Source: Acidobacteriota bacterium
GTDB taxonomy: Bacteria > Acidobacteriota > Thermoanaerobaculia > Multivoradales > J023
Reading direction: 5' to 3'
Length of the DNA: 64,000 nucleotides
Assembly (NCBI GenBank): GCA_029263355.1
Contig: JAJCXQ010000420.1
Coordinates: forward strand, 1,540-65,539
In this document: in pieces, positions 37,651-47,165 of the stretch
Position numbering within the stretch: the first letter of the stretch is position 1
How the letters are laid out: every line of letters begins with the position of its first letter
Program-made: the position numbers and the translations under genes
The notes under the pieces: generated by a model
Databases searched by the model: none
Told to the model about the DNA's origin: nothing
Seen by the model: only the letters and a program-made list of their open reading frames with translations

Positions 37651-40600
37651 GTACGTCCAGCGGTTCGCGCGAATCGCTCGTCGGCCTGATGGCCGACAAA
37701 GGGCCAGAGGTCGTCGTCGGGATCCTCAGTATCCTGCGTTCGGGCTGTGCCCTGGTGCCGATCTCCCCCGACTACCCCGAAGAGCGGATCGGGTTCATTG
37801 TCGAAGAATGCGGCATCGAAGTCCTCCTGACCCAGAGCCACTATCTCGAAAAGGTAGTCCGGTTGGCGACCGTCACCACGGAGCTCCGCCATGTAGTCTG
37901 CCTCGACGGAGAGCCGGAGGCACCGATCGTCGGGGCACCCTTCACGGTGCATGGGCCCGAGGCCTGGCAGCATCGCGACGGCGAGGCCAATAGCGCGGCG
38001 GCCGAGCAGCTGGCCTACGTCATCTACACCTCAGGCTCCACCGGCCAACCTAAGGGTGTGCCCATCACCCATGACAACTTGGTCCCGCTCCTCCTCTGGA
38101 GCCGCGACTACTTCGGCTTCGGCGAGCAAACCCGTGTGGCGTCGAGCCTCTCCTACTGGTTCGACTTCGGCCTCTTCGAGATCCTCAGCACCCTGCTCTT
38201 CGGCGGCCAGCTCTACCTGCCGCAAGCCGACGAAAGCGACGATCCCGCCCGGTTTGCCTCTTGGATCGCCGAGCGCCGGCTCAACACCCTGCATGGCACG
38301 CCGTCATTCATGCGCGAGATCACTGGCGCGGCAACACAACCGCTGACCGATCTTCAGGTACTTCACCTCGGCGGAGAGGCGCTGGTTCGCCCCGAGATCG
38401 ACCGGCTGTTCGAGGCGGTGGGAGAGCAGTGCGTGCTCTACAACGGCTACGGCCCTACCGAGACCAGTGTCAACAGCGCAATCTTCACGATCGGTAGCCG
38501 CGCCGAGCGGCACGACGACGGCAGTGCCAATACACCGATCGGCAACGCCTCCGCCGACAACCGCTTGTATGTCCTGGACCGCCAAGGAAACCCGGTACCG
38601 ATCGGAGTCGCCGGGGAGCTGCACATCGGAGGTGCTGGGCTGTCACGTGGGTACTGGCAGCGACAGCAGCTGACTGCAGAGCGATTCCGGCCCGATCCCT
38701 TCGGCGACGTCCGAGGCGCCCGCCTCTATCGCACCGGTGACATCGTCCACTTCCGGCCCGATCTCGCCATCGAATTCCTGGGACGCGTCGACTATCAGGT
38801 CAAGCTCCGCGGCTTTCGTATCGAGCCCGGCGAGATCGAAGCGGCGCTATTGGAGCACCCAGCGGTCAATGAGTGCGTCGTGGTGCTGTGGGGGGAGTCT
38901 CCAGAGGAGCAACGCCTGGTCGCCTACGTCGCAGCTGCCACCGAGCAATCTCCGGGACCCGAGGAGCTCCGTGCCTTCCTGCGTGAGCTGCTGCCCCATT
39001 TCATGATCCCTGGCACCTTTCTCGCCGTGCCTCAGCTACCGCGCACGGCAACCGGCAAGCTCGACCGGCAGGCTCTACCCGCACCGCCACAAGTCGAAGC
39101 CGATAATGCGCTTGTTCTGCCTCCGGCGACACCGACAGAAGAGGTGGTGGCAGGCACTTGGCAAGAGGTGCTGGAGCGCACCGAGATCGGCCGCGATGCC
39201 AACTTCTTCGACCTCGGTGGCCACTCTCTCCTCGGTACCCAGGTGATCTCCCGGCTGCGCCGTGCCTTCGATGTTGATCTGGCGATCGCCTCGCTGTTTC
39301 ATTCTCCCACCGTCCGCGGGTTGGCGGAGGAAATCGACGCCGCGCTCGAGGCTACCGGTGGGGCAAGTCTGCCTCCGATTCGCCCGGTGCCCCGAGATCG
39401 GGTGTTGCCGCTGTCCTTCGCCCAGCAGCGGCTCTGGTTCCTCAACCAGGCAGCACTGGACAATCCAGCCTACAACGTGCCCAGAGTGACGCGGCTCGAG
39501 GGCGAGCTCGACATCCCAGCGCTGGCAGCAACCTTCGACGAGATTCTCCGCCGCCACGAGATTCTGCGCACCAGCTACCCGGTCGTCAGCGGCCAGGTCC
39601 GTCAAGTGATCGCCGATGACGCCACGCTCGGACTGTCCGTTATCGACCTCGCGGCGCTACCGGCTGAGGAACGAGAGGAGCTCCGCCTGCGTCTCGTTCG
39701 GCAAGAGTCCCGCAGGCCGTTCGACCTCGCACACGGGCCGGTCATCCGCGGTCATGTGGTTCGTCTCGACCCGCGCGATCACGTCCTTCTACTCACCCTC
39801 CACCACATCGCTTGGGATGGCTGGTCACTCGGTATTTTCGATCGCGAAGTGCATGTGCTGTATGAAGCTTTTCGCCATCGACAACCCTCACCGTTGCCGG
39901 AGCTTCCGGTCCAGTATGCGGACTACGCCGTCTGGCAGAGGCAGGTGCTGGAGGGTGAGATGCGGGAGCAGCAGCTCGGCTACTGGCGGCAAGTGCTGGC
40001 GGGGGCGCCGCCGCTGCTGGCGCTGCCCACCGATCGTCCACGCCCCTCGGTTCTCAACCAGCAGGGAGCGATGGAGCACATCGGCTGGCCTTATGAGCTT
40101 CTCAAGGAGTTGCGCCAGCTCAGTCGCAGCCAGGACGTCACTTTATTCATGACGCTCCTCGCTGGCTGGCAGGAAATCCTCAGCCGCTACTCTGGACAGC
40201 TGGACATCTGCATCGGCTCCGGGACCGCCAATCGTAACCGGGTCGAGACCGAAGGGATGATCGGTTTCTTCGTCAACACGTTTGCCCTGAGGACTGATCT
40301 GTCGGGGAGGCTGACTTTTCAAGAGCTTCTCGGTCGCGCACGCGAGACGGCCCTCGGAGCTTATGCGCACCAGGAAGTACCCTTCGAGCAGGTGGTCGAA
40401 GCAGTCCAGCCGCAGCGCTCTGCGAGCTATTCACCAATATTTCAGGTGACGTTCGGCCTGCAAAACATCGCCGCCGAGGCGACCAACCTTTCCGGGCTCG
40501 AACAGCGTTCGGACTTGATCGGCACCGGCGGTGCCGTGTTCGACTTGACCCTGTTTATGCTCGAGACCCCCGAAACTCTGGATAGCCTCGTCGAATACAG

Positions 40601-43600
40601 TGTCGATCTGTTCGACCGCGTCACCATCGAGCGGCTGATGAAGCACCTCCGCCGCCTGCTGGAGCAGGCGGTTGCCGACCCGCGTCGAGAGGTCGCGACA
40701 CTCAGCTTGCTGAGCGCCGAGGAGCGGCAGCAGCTAATGACGGGTTGGAATCTCACCGCCCGGCCATACCCTCGGCAGGCGGGCCTGGCGGAGCTATTCG
40801 CCGGCCAGGTCGCCCGACGCCCCGAGGCGGTTGCATTGCAGTTCAGCGATGGCCAGCTGAGTTACGTCGAGCTCGATCGGCGGGCTCGCCTGCTGGCTAC
40901 CGAGCTCGGTGCCAGCGGCGTCGGCAATGGCTCGCTCGTCGGCCTCTGCCTCGAGCGCTCCACCGCCCTGGCGGTTGGCATCCTTGGTATTCTCCAGGCC
41001 GGCGGTGCTTACGTCCCCCTCGATCCCGACTACCCCGACGAACGCCTCGCCTTTATGGCCGAGGACGCCGGCCTCGCGGCGGTGGTCACCGGGCAAACAC
41101 ACGCCACCGACCTGCCTGACTTGGGGGTCCCGACGCTACTCCTCGAGCGCGTGCTCACCGTCGAGGCCAACGTTTCGGCGAGTGCTGACGGCGGCGGCGA
41201 CCTCGCCTACGTCATCTACACCTCTGGCTCTACCGGCCGCCCCAAGGGCGTGGGAGTGCCGCAGCGCGCCGTGGCCCGCCTAGTCCTTGGCGCCGACTAC
41301 GTCGACCTGTGCCCCGGTGACCGCATCGCCCAGGTTTCCACCGCCTCGTTCGACGCCGCAACCTTCGAGATCTGGGGCGCCCTGCTCACCGGCGGACGCC
41401 TCGTCGGGCTCGAACGCAAAATCACCTTGGAGCCCGCCGAGCTCGCCGCCGCCCTCGCTCGCCATCGCATCGATACCCTGTTCCTCACCACCGCTTTGTT
41501 CAATCAGGTTGTCCACCTCGAGCCCGCTGCCTTCGCAGGGTTGCGCGAGCTACTGTTCGGCGGCGAGGCAGTCGACCCCAATGCGGTGCGCAGCGCCCTG
41601 GCCGCGGGGCCACCTCGCCGTCTGCTGCATGTTTATGGCCCCACCGAGTCGACCACCTTCGCCACCTGGTACGAGGTCGACCACGTCGCTGCCAAGGCCG
41701 CCACCGTCCCGATCGGCCAGCCACTGGCCAACACAACCGCCTACGTGTTCGACCGTCACGGCGAGCTTTCGGCCATCGACGTGCCGGGCGAGCTCTTCCT
41801 GGGCGCCGACGGCCTCGCCCTAGGCTACCTCCACCGCCCCGCCTTGACCGCGGAACGCTTCGTCCCCCACCCCTTCATAGAGGACGAACGCCTCTACCGC
41901 ACCGGCGATCGAGTACGCCGACGCGCCGACGGCACCATCGAGTTCCTGGGCCGCGGCGACCACCAGATCAAGCTCCGCGGGTTTCGCATCGAACTCGGCG
42001 AGATCGAGGCCGTTCTGCGCAAGCATCCGGCCATCGGCGATGCGGCCGTCGTTCTCGCCGAATCGCTCCCGTTCGACAAGCAACTGGTTGCTTACGCGGT
42101 GCCCACGGCACAGGCCACCCTGCCTACCGCCGAACTGCGGGACTTTCTCGGTGAGCGCCTGCCGGACTATATGGTTCCTCACCTTTTCGTCGGCCTCCCC
42201 GAGCTGCCGCTCAACGCCAACGGCAAGCTTGATCGCAGCGCTCTGCCGGAGCCGGAATCTGGCTCCAGCCTCGAGCCAGATTCCGACGACGCCAGCCCAA
42301 AAACTCCCGTAGAGCGGCTGGTGGCGGAGATCTGGAGCGAGCTCCTGGGAATCGGGCCCGTCAATATCCACGACGATTTCTTCGAGCTCGGCGGCCACTC
42401 GCTGTCCGCAACCCGGATGATGGCTCAACTGAATCAGGCCCTGGGCATCTCCCTGCCGATCTGGGACCTGTTCGAAGGCCCAACCCTCGGCGAGCTAGCC
42501 GAGCGGGCGGCGGCAGCGCAGCTTTCCGAGGCCGGCGCGAGACCGGCGATCCTACCGGCTCCCGAGGAGACCGAACGCTGTCTGTCGTTCGCCCAGGAGA
42601 GGCTCTGGTTCCTCGACCACCTGGAGCCCGAGAGCCCAGTCTACAACGTCCCCCTCGCCCTCCGGCTCCAGGGTCCTCTCAATGCACGGGCCCTGAAGAC
42701 GAGTCTCGACGAGATCCTCCGCCGTCACGAGGTCCTGCGCACCTCTATGCCAGCAGTCAATGGCAAGGCGAGCATAAGGATCCACACGGACCGGCGGCTC
42801 GATCTTGCCGACATCGACCTGCGGTCAGTGGCCGAGTCAGCGAAAGCTGTGGCCTTGCGGCACATAGCGGGAGAGGAGTCGACACGCCCGTTCCGGCTCG
42901 CCATTGGGCCGCTAGTCCGCGGTCGGCTCGTCCGGCTGGCGGCAGAGGACTATGTCCTGCTGCTGACCATCCATCACATCGTCTGCGATGGATGGTCTAT
43001 GCCTGTCCTGATCCGCGAGTTGTTTGCCCTCTACGGAGCATTTTCCATCGATCGCCCTTCGCCGCTCGAGCCATTGCCGGTCCAGTACTCGGACTATGCC
43101 CGCTGGCAGCGCGACTGGCTCGAAGGGGAGACGCTCGAAGAGCAGATCGGCTACTGGCGGCAAACGCTCAGCGGGGCGCCATCGTTACTCCGGCTACCCA
43201 CCGACCGACCGCGGCCGTCGGTCCAGACCTACCGTGGCAACCTGGCCTCGACCGTCTACTCGCGGTCCCTTCTCGAGCGGGCCGCAGCGCTGGGTCGCAG
43301 CCATGAAGCGACCCTGTTCATGACCCTCCTCGCCGCCTTCCAAACGCTCCTCGGCCGTTACTCCGGCCAGCGCGACATCTGTATCGGTACGCCGGTCGCC
43401 AACCGCTCTCAGGCGGAAATCGAGGGGCTGATCGGTTTCTTCGTCAACACTTTGGTCATGCGCACATCCCTGTCCGATGAGTCGAGCTTCAGCCAGCTGC
43501 TGGCACAGGTGCGAGAGACGGCGCTCAGCGCCTTCAACCACCAGGAGCTGCCGTTCGAACGGGTGGTCGATACGTTGGCTCCAGAGCGTTCGCTGAGTTA

Positions 43601-46600
43601 CAGTCCGCTCTTCCAGGTACTCTTCACCCTGCAGGATGAACCGCTTCGAGAGCTCGAGGTCGGCAAGCTGAAGATCGCTCCCGCCGACTTCGGCGACGAC
43701 CAGGTTGCCAAGTTCGACCTCTCCATGGGGCTGATCGAGAACAAGCAGGGCCTTGTGGCGGCGATCGAGTACAACGTCGATCTTTTTGACCGGACCACAG
43801 TACTGAGGCTCCTGGAGCATCTCGGAACGCTTCTCGAGCAGGCGGTCGCCAGCCCTGACGAGTCAATCGAGCGCCTCGAGCTACTCACCGTCCGGCAGCG
43901 CTTCCAGTTGCTCGAGGAGTGGAACGCGACGCCGGTGATCGTCCCGCCGCTGGTGACGCTTGCCAGCCTCTTCGCAGCTCAAGCGAAGCGCGATCCGGAT
44001 CGCGTGGCGCTGATCGTCGGTGACGAGTCGCTCACTTTCGGCGAGCTCCGCAGCCGGGCTAAGCGCTGGGCGCGTCGGCTGGTGGACGACGGGATTGGAC
44101 CGGAGGTTGGCGTCGGGGTCTTCCTCGACCGCTCCTCCGATCTGGTGGTGGCGCTGCTGGCGGTGCTCGAGGCCGGCGGCTTCTACATTCCTCTCGATCC
44201 AAACTACCCGCCATCACGGGTGGAGCTACTGCTCCGAGACTCCGGTGCCAAAGTGGTGCTCACAAGCCTTGGTCTGTGCCACCAGCTGCCGCCGAACAGT
44301 GCTCGCCTGATCTGCGTCGACGCCGAGGCACCTGAACCGACATCGAACGCAGCAGGCGGCCGGCGTGCGGCCGAGAGCAACAACCTGGCTTACGTGATCT
44401 ACACCTCCGGCTCGACGGGTGTTCCCAAAGGGGTCGGTATCGAGCACCGCGCCACTGTCGCTCTGTTGAGCTGGGCTGCGCAGGTTTATGGCGAGGAGGA
44501 GCGGCGCGGCGTCCTGGCCTCGACATCGGTCTGCTTCGACCTCTCGATCTTCGAGCTCTTCCTGCCGCTGACCATGGGCGGCACCGTGGTGCTCGCCGAG
44601 AACCTCTTCGACCTCCCACGGCTGCCAGCGGCGGACCGGGTGAGTCTGGTGAACACGGTGCCCTCGGTTCTCGCTGAGCTCCTGCGATTCGGCGGCATGC
44701 CGCCGTCGGTCACAACCATCAACCTCGCTGGCGAGGCCCTGCAGAGCGACCTCGTCGACCGCCTCGGCGAGGCGGCCCGCGCCCCAGCAATCTACAACCT
44801 CTACGGGCCGTCCGAGTGCACCACCTACTCAACGACAGCGACGATCTCACCCGGGGTGGCCGACCCGGTGCCGATCGGTCAGCCGATCTCCAACACTCGG
44901 GCGTACATCCTCGACCGCCATCTCCAGCCGACAGCGCCCGGAGTCTTGGGAGAGCTGTTCCTGGCCGGTGCCGGCGTGGCGCGGGGTTATCTCGGGCGCC
45001 CCGTACAGACGGCCGAGAGCTTTCTGCCGAGCCCGTTCGGAGATGGCGATCGCCTGTACCGCACGGGGGACCTCGCACGGTTCGGTGGCGATGGCAGCCT
45101 GGAGTTCCATGGCCGTATCGACCGACAAGTCAAACTGCACGGCTTCCGGATCGAGCTAGAAGAGACCGAGGTTGTGCTGGCCCGACACCCTCAGGTCGGC
45201 GAAAGCGCTGTCGTCCTTCAGGATGACTCGGCTGGCCATCCACATCTCGCTGCTTACTTGGTGGCTTCCGACGGTCAAGCCCCCACCTCGGCCACGCTGG
45301 CGAGCTACCTCCGCGAGCACCTGCCGAACTATATGGTTCCCGGTACTTTCCGTCTCCTCGAGGAGCTGCCACGCACGCCCAACGGCAAGGTCGATCGTCG
45401 GGCACTGGCAACGATCCGCCTGGAGGCCGAGCTCGAGGGCCCGGAGCGTGGCGACTACGTCGCCCCGCGAAACGCTGTCGAAGAGCAGCTCACCGCCATC
45501 TGGAGCGAGGTTCTACAGAGAGAAACGGTGGGCGTCGATGACAACTTCTTCGAAATCGGCGGCGACTCGATCCTCAGCATCCAAGTCGCCTCCCGCGCCC
45601 AGCAAGCCGGCCTGCGCTTGACGACGAAGCAGCTATTCCAGGCGCAGACCATCGCCGAGCTGGCCAAGCTGGTCGGCACGGCGGCGACCGAGGCCGAACA
45701 GGGCATGGTGGTCGGCGAGGTACCGCTAACCCCCGCCCAGCGTTGGTTCTTCGCCCAGCGACCCGCCCACCCGCATCACTTCAACCAGGCCATTGTCCTC
45801 ACGCCGCGAGAGCAGCTGACCATGACGGCCCTGGACCGGGCACTATCGAGCCTGGTCGGCCACCACGACGCCCTGCGTCTGCGCTTCCGGCGACAAGGGG
45901 AGCACTGGGAAGCTTTCCAGTGTGACGACCTCGCGAGCTCGTTCCGCCTGCGCCGTGTGGATCTCTCCCGCCTCAGCGACGCCGACCGTCGCACCGCGCT
46001 CGAACGGTCTTTCGCGGTCGCCCACGCCAGCCTCCGGCTTGAGCAGGGGCCGCTCTTCGAGGCCACACTCCTCGACCTGGAACCAGAGACGCCGGGCCGC
46101 CTGCACCTGGTGGTCCATCACCTGGCGATGGACTGGGTGTCCTGGGGCATCCTGCTCACCGACCTGACACGAGCCTACGAGTCGGCAACGCGCGATGAGA
46201 AGATCGACCTCGGGCTGAAGACCACTTCCTTCCGCCAATGGGCGAGCTCCCTGGTCGAGGATGGAGTCCCCAGCATTGCCGAAGAGCGCGAGCACTGGCA
46301 CAGCACCGTCTTGCCATCGGTGCCTTCGCTGCCACGGGACTTTCCGGCCGGCGACAATTCCAGCGCTACCACAGAGCTGGCCAGCTCTGTGCTGAGCCGG
46401 GGAGAGACAGCCTCCCTGCTTCAAGCCGCTGGGGTCGCCTACCGAGTCCAGCCCCGGGATCTCGTGGTCGCGGCGCTCGCCGCGGGTATCGCCTCGGCGA
46501 CCGGTCAACGCCGCCTTCGCCTCGTCCTCGAGGGCCACGGCCGCGAGGAGCTACGCGACAGCCATGATCTCTCGCGAACCGTCGGCTGGTTTACGAGTAT

Positions 46601-47165
46601 CTATCCCCTGATGATCGACCTGGAAGGCAAACAATCGTCGGAAGAGGTCATCGTCGCGGTCAAGGAGAGCTTGCGTCGGGTGCCACGCCAGGGTATCGGG
46701 TGGGGAATCTCGCGTTACCTATCTACAGAATCGGACGACCGAGCACTTGCAGAAGCGCCGGAGCCCGAGATCAGCTTCAACTACCTCGGCCACTATGCAA
46801 CCACTTCGTCGCAAGCCTCCCTCTTAGAGGTGGCGCCGGAATCTAGTGGCCCTGTGCGCCATCCGGATTCGCAGCGTCCGCACCTCCTCGAGGTCTCCGC
46901 CGTTATCGCCGACGACCGTCTGCAGCTCAATATCGCTTACTCCCGCGGGCTCCACCGACAACAGACTGTCGAAGCCTGGCTGACGGCGATCACGGAGGCA
47001 TTGAGGGCTCTGATCGACCACTGTCTGGCGCCCGGCGCTGGACGCCTCACCGCGGATGACTTCACTGAGTTCGGCTGGCAGCAGCCCGATCTCGACCAGA
47101 TCCTGGGTGAGATCGACCGCACCTCCGAGGGGATGACAGTCGAACGCGGGGACAGCAGCCGGTGA
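37647..47165 (+). CDS. non-ribosomal peptide synthetase 2: (rest of A7)-T-C-A-T-C-A-T-E
   Basis: ATG at 37647 lies 10 nt after GAGGAG. The protein starts MSTSSGSRESLVGLMADKGPEVVVGILSILRSGCALVPISPDYPEERI, i.e. the A2 motif onward. A3 cores near 38030, 41215 and 44400. Carrier serines near 39225, 42395 and 45565 (GGDSI, the E-partner type). C domains near 39805 and 42975. The E domain has PLTPAQRWFF, HHLAMDWVSW (~46120), EGHGRE, RTVGWFTSIYP and FNYLGHY. The ORF-track extension to 37392 was rejected. Confidence 0.92.
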   Translation: MSTSSGSRESLVGLMADKGPEVVVGILSILRSGCALVPISPDYPEERIGFIVEECGIEVLLTQSHYLEKVVRLATVTTELRHVVCLDGEPEAPIVGAPFTVHGPEAWQHRDGEANSAAAEQLAYVIYTSGSTGQPKGVPITHDNLVPLLLWSRDYFGFGEQTRVASSLSYWFDFGLFEILSTLLFGGQLYLPQADESDDPARFASWIAERRLNTLHGTPSFMREITGAATQPLTDLQVLHLGGEALVRPEIDRLFEAVGEQCVLYNGYGPTETSVNSAIFTIGSRAERHDDGSANTPIGNASADNRLYVLDRQGNPVPIGVAGELHIGGAGLSRGYWQRQQLTAERFRPDPFGDVRGARLYRTGDIVHFRPDLAIEFLGRVDYQVKLRGFRIEPGEIEAALLEHPAVNECVVVLWGESPEEQRLVAYVAAATEQSPGPEELRAFLRELLPHFMIPGTFLAVPQLPRTATGKLDRQALPAPPQVEADNALVLPPATPTEEVVAGTWQEVLERTEIGRDANFFDLGGHSLLGTQVISRLRRAFDVDLAIASLFHSPTVRGLAEEIDAALEATGGASLPPIRPVPRDRVLPLSFAQQRLWFLNQAALDNPAYNVPRVTRLEGELDIPALAATFDEILRRHEILRTSYPVVSGQVRQVIADDATLGLSVIDLAALPAEEREELRLRLVRQESRRPFDLAHGPVIRGHVVRLDPRDHVLLLTLHHIAWDGWSLGIFDREVHVLYEAFRHRQPSPLPELPVQYADYAVWQRQVLEGEMREQQLGYWRQVLAGAPPLLALPTDRPRPSVLNQQGAMEHIGWPYELLKELRQLSRSQDVTLFMTLLAGWQEILSRYSGQLDICIGSGTANRNRVETEGMIGFFVNTFALRTDLSGRLTFQELLGRARETALGAYAHQEVPFEQVVEAVQPQRSASYSPIFQVTFGLQNIAAEATNLSGLEQRSDLIGTGGAVFDLTLFMLETPETLDSLVEYSVDLFDRVTIERLMKHLRRLLEQAVADPRREVATLSLLSAEERQQLMTGWNLTARPYPRQAGLAELFAGQVARRPEAVALQFSDGQLSYVELDRRARLLATELGASGVGNGSLVGLCLERSTALAVGILGILQAGGAYVPLDPDYPDERLAFMAEDAGLAAVVTGQTHATDLPDLGVPTLLLERVLTVEANVSASADGGGDLAYVIYTSGSTGRPKGVGVPQRAVARLVLGADYVDLCPGDRIAQVSTASFDAATFEIWGALLTGGRLVGLERKITLEPAELAAALARHRIDTLFLTTALFNQVVHLEPAAFAGLRELLFGGEAVDPNAVRSALAAGPPRRLLHVYGPTESTTFATWYEVDHVAAKAATVPIGQPLANTTAYVFDRHGELSAIDVPGELFLGADGLALGYLHRPALTAERFVPHPFIEDERLYRTGDRVRRRADGTIEFLGRGDHQIKLRGFRIELGEIEAVLRKHPAIGDAAVVLAESLPFDKQLVAYAVPTAQATLPTAELRDFLGERLPDYMVPHLFVGLPELPLNANGKLDRSALPEPESGSSLEPDSDDASPKTPVERLVAEIWSELLGIGPVNIHDDFFELGGHSLSATRMMAQLNQALGISLPIWDLFEGPTLGELAERAAAAQLSEAGARPAILPAPEETERCLSFAQERLWFLDHLEPESPVYNVPLALRLQGPLNARALKTSLDEILRRHEVLRTSMPAVNGKASIRIHTDRRLDLADIDLRSVAESAKAVALRHIAGEESTRPFRLAIGPLVRGRLVRLAAEDYVLLLTIHHIVCDGWSMPVLIRELFALYGAFSIDRPSPLEPLPVQYSDYARWQRDWLEGETLEEQIGYWRQTLSGAPSLLRLPTDRPRPSVQTYRGNLASTVYSRSLLERAAALGRSHEATLFMTLLAAFQTLLGRYSGQRDICIGTPVANRSQAEIEGLIGFFVNTLVMRTSLSDESSFSQLLAQVRETALSAFNHQELPFERVVDTLAPERSLSYSPLFQVLFTLQDEPLRELEVGKLKIAPADFGDDQVAKFDLSMGLIENKQGLVAAIEYNVDLFDRTTVLRLLEHLGTLLEQAVASPDESIERLELLTVRQRFQLLEEWNATPVIVPPLVTLASLFAAQAKRDPDRVALIVGDESLTFGELRSRAKRWARRLVDDGIGPEVGVGVFLDRSSDLVVALLAVLEAGGFYIPLDPNYPPSRVELLLRDSGAKVVLTSLGLCHQLPPNSARLICVDAEAPEPTSNAAGGRRAAESNNLAYVIYTSGSTGVPKGVGIEHRATVALLSWAAQVYGEEERRGVLASTSVCFDLSIFELFLPLTMGGTVVLAENLFDLPRLPAADRVSLVNTVPSVLAELLRFGGMPPSVTTINLAGEALQSDLVDRLGEAARAPAIYNLYGPSECTTYSTTATISPGVADPVPIGQPISNTRAYILDRHLQPTAPGVLGELFLAGAGVARGYLGRPVQTAESFLPSPFGDGDRLYRTGDLARFGGDGSLEFHGRIDRQVKLHGFRIELEETEVVLARHPQVGESAVVLQDDSAGHPHLAAYLVASDGQAPTSATLASYLREHLPNYMVPGTFRLLEELPRTPNGKVDRRALATIRLEAELEGPERGDYVAPRNAVEEQLTAIWSEVLQRETVGVDDNFFEIGGDSILSIQVASRAQQAGLRLTTKQLFQAQTIAELAKLVGTAATEAEQGMVVGEVPLTPAQRWFFAQRPAHPHHFNQAIVLTPREQLTMTALDRALSSLVGHHDALRLRFRRQGEHWEAFQCDDLASSFRLRRVDLSRLSDADRRTALERSFAVAHASLRLEQGPLFEATLLDLEPETPGRLHLVVHHLAMDWVSWGILLTDLTRAYESATRDEKIDLGLKTTSFRQWASSLVEDGVPSIAEEREHWHSTVLPSVPSLPRDFPAGDNSSATTELASSVLSRGETASLLQAAGVAYRVQPRDLVVAALAAGIASATGQRRLRLVLEGHGREELRDSHDLSRTVGWFTSIYPLMIDLEGKQSSEEVIVAVKESLRRVPRQGIGWGISRYLSTESDDRALAEAPEPEISFNYLGHYATTSSQASLLEVAPESSGPVRHPDSQRPHLLEVSAVIADDRLQLNIAYSRGLHRQQTVEAWLTAITEALRALIDHCLAPGAGRLTADDFTEFGWQQPDLDQILGEIDRTSEGMTVERGDSSR
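45705..47162 (+). other. epimerisation (E) domain of module 9
   Basis: All seven E-domain core motifs are readable (see the NRPS2 evidence). The preceding carrier domain has the GGDSI signature, and the following C domain starts with the DCL-type LSPMQQGMLFH. Confidence 0.85.
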
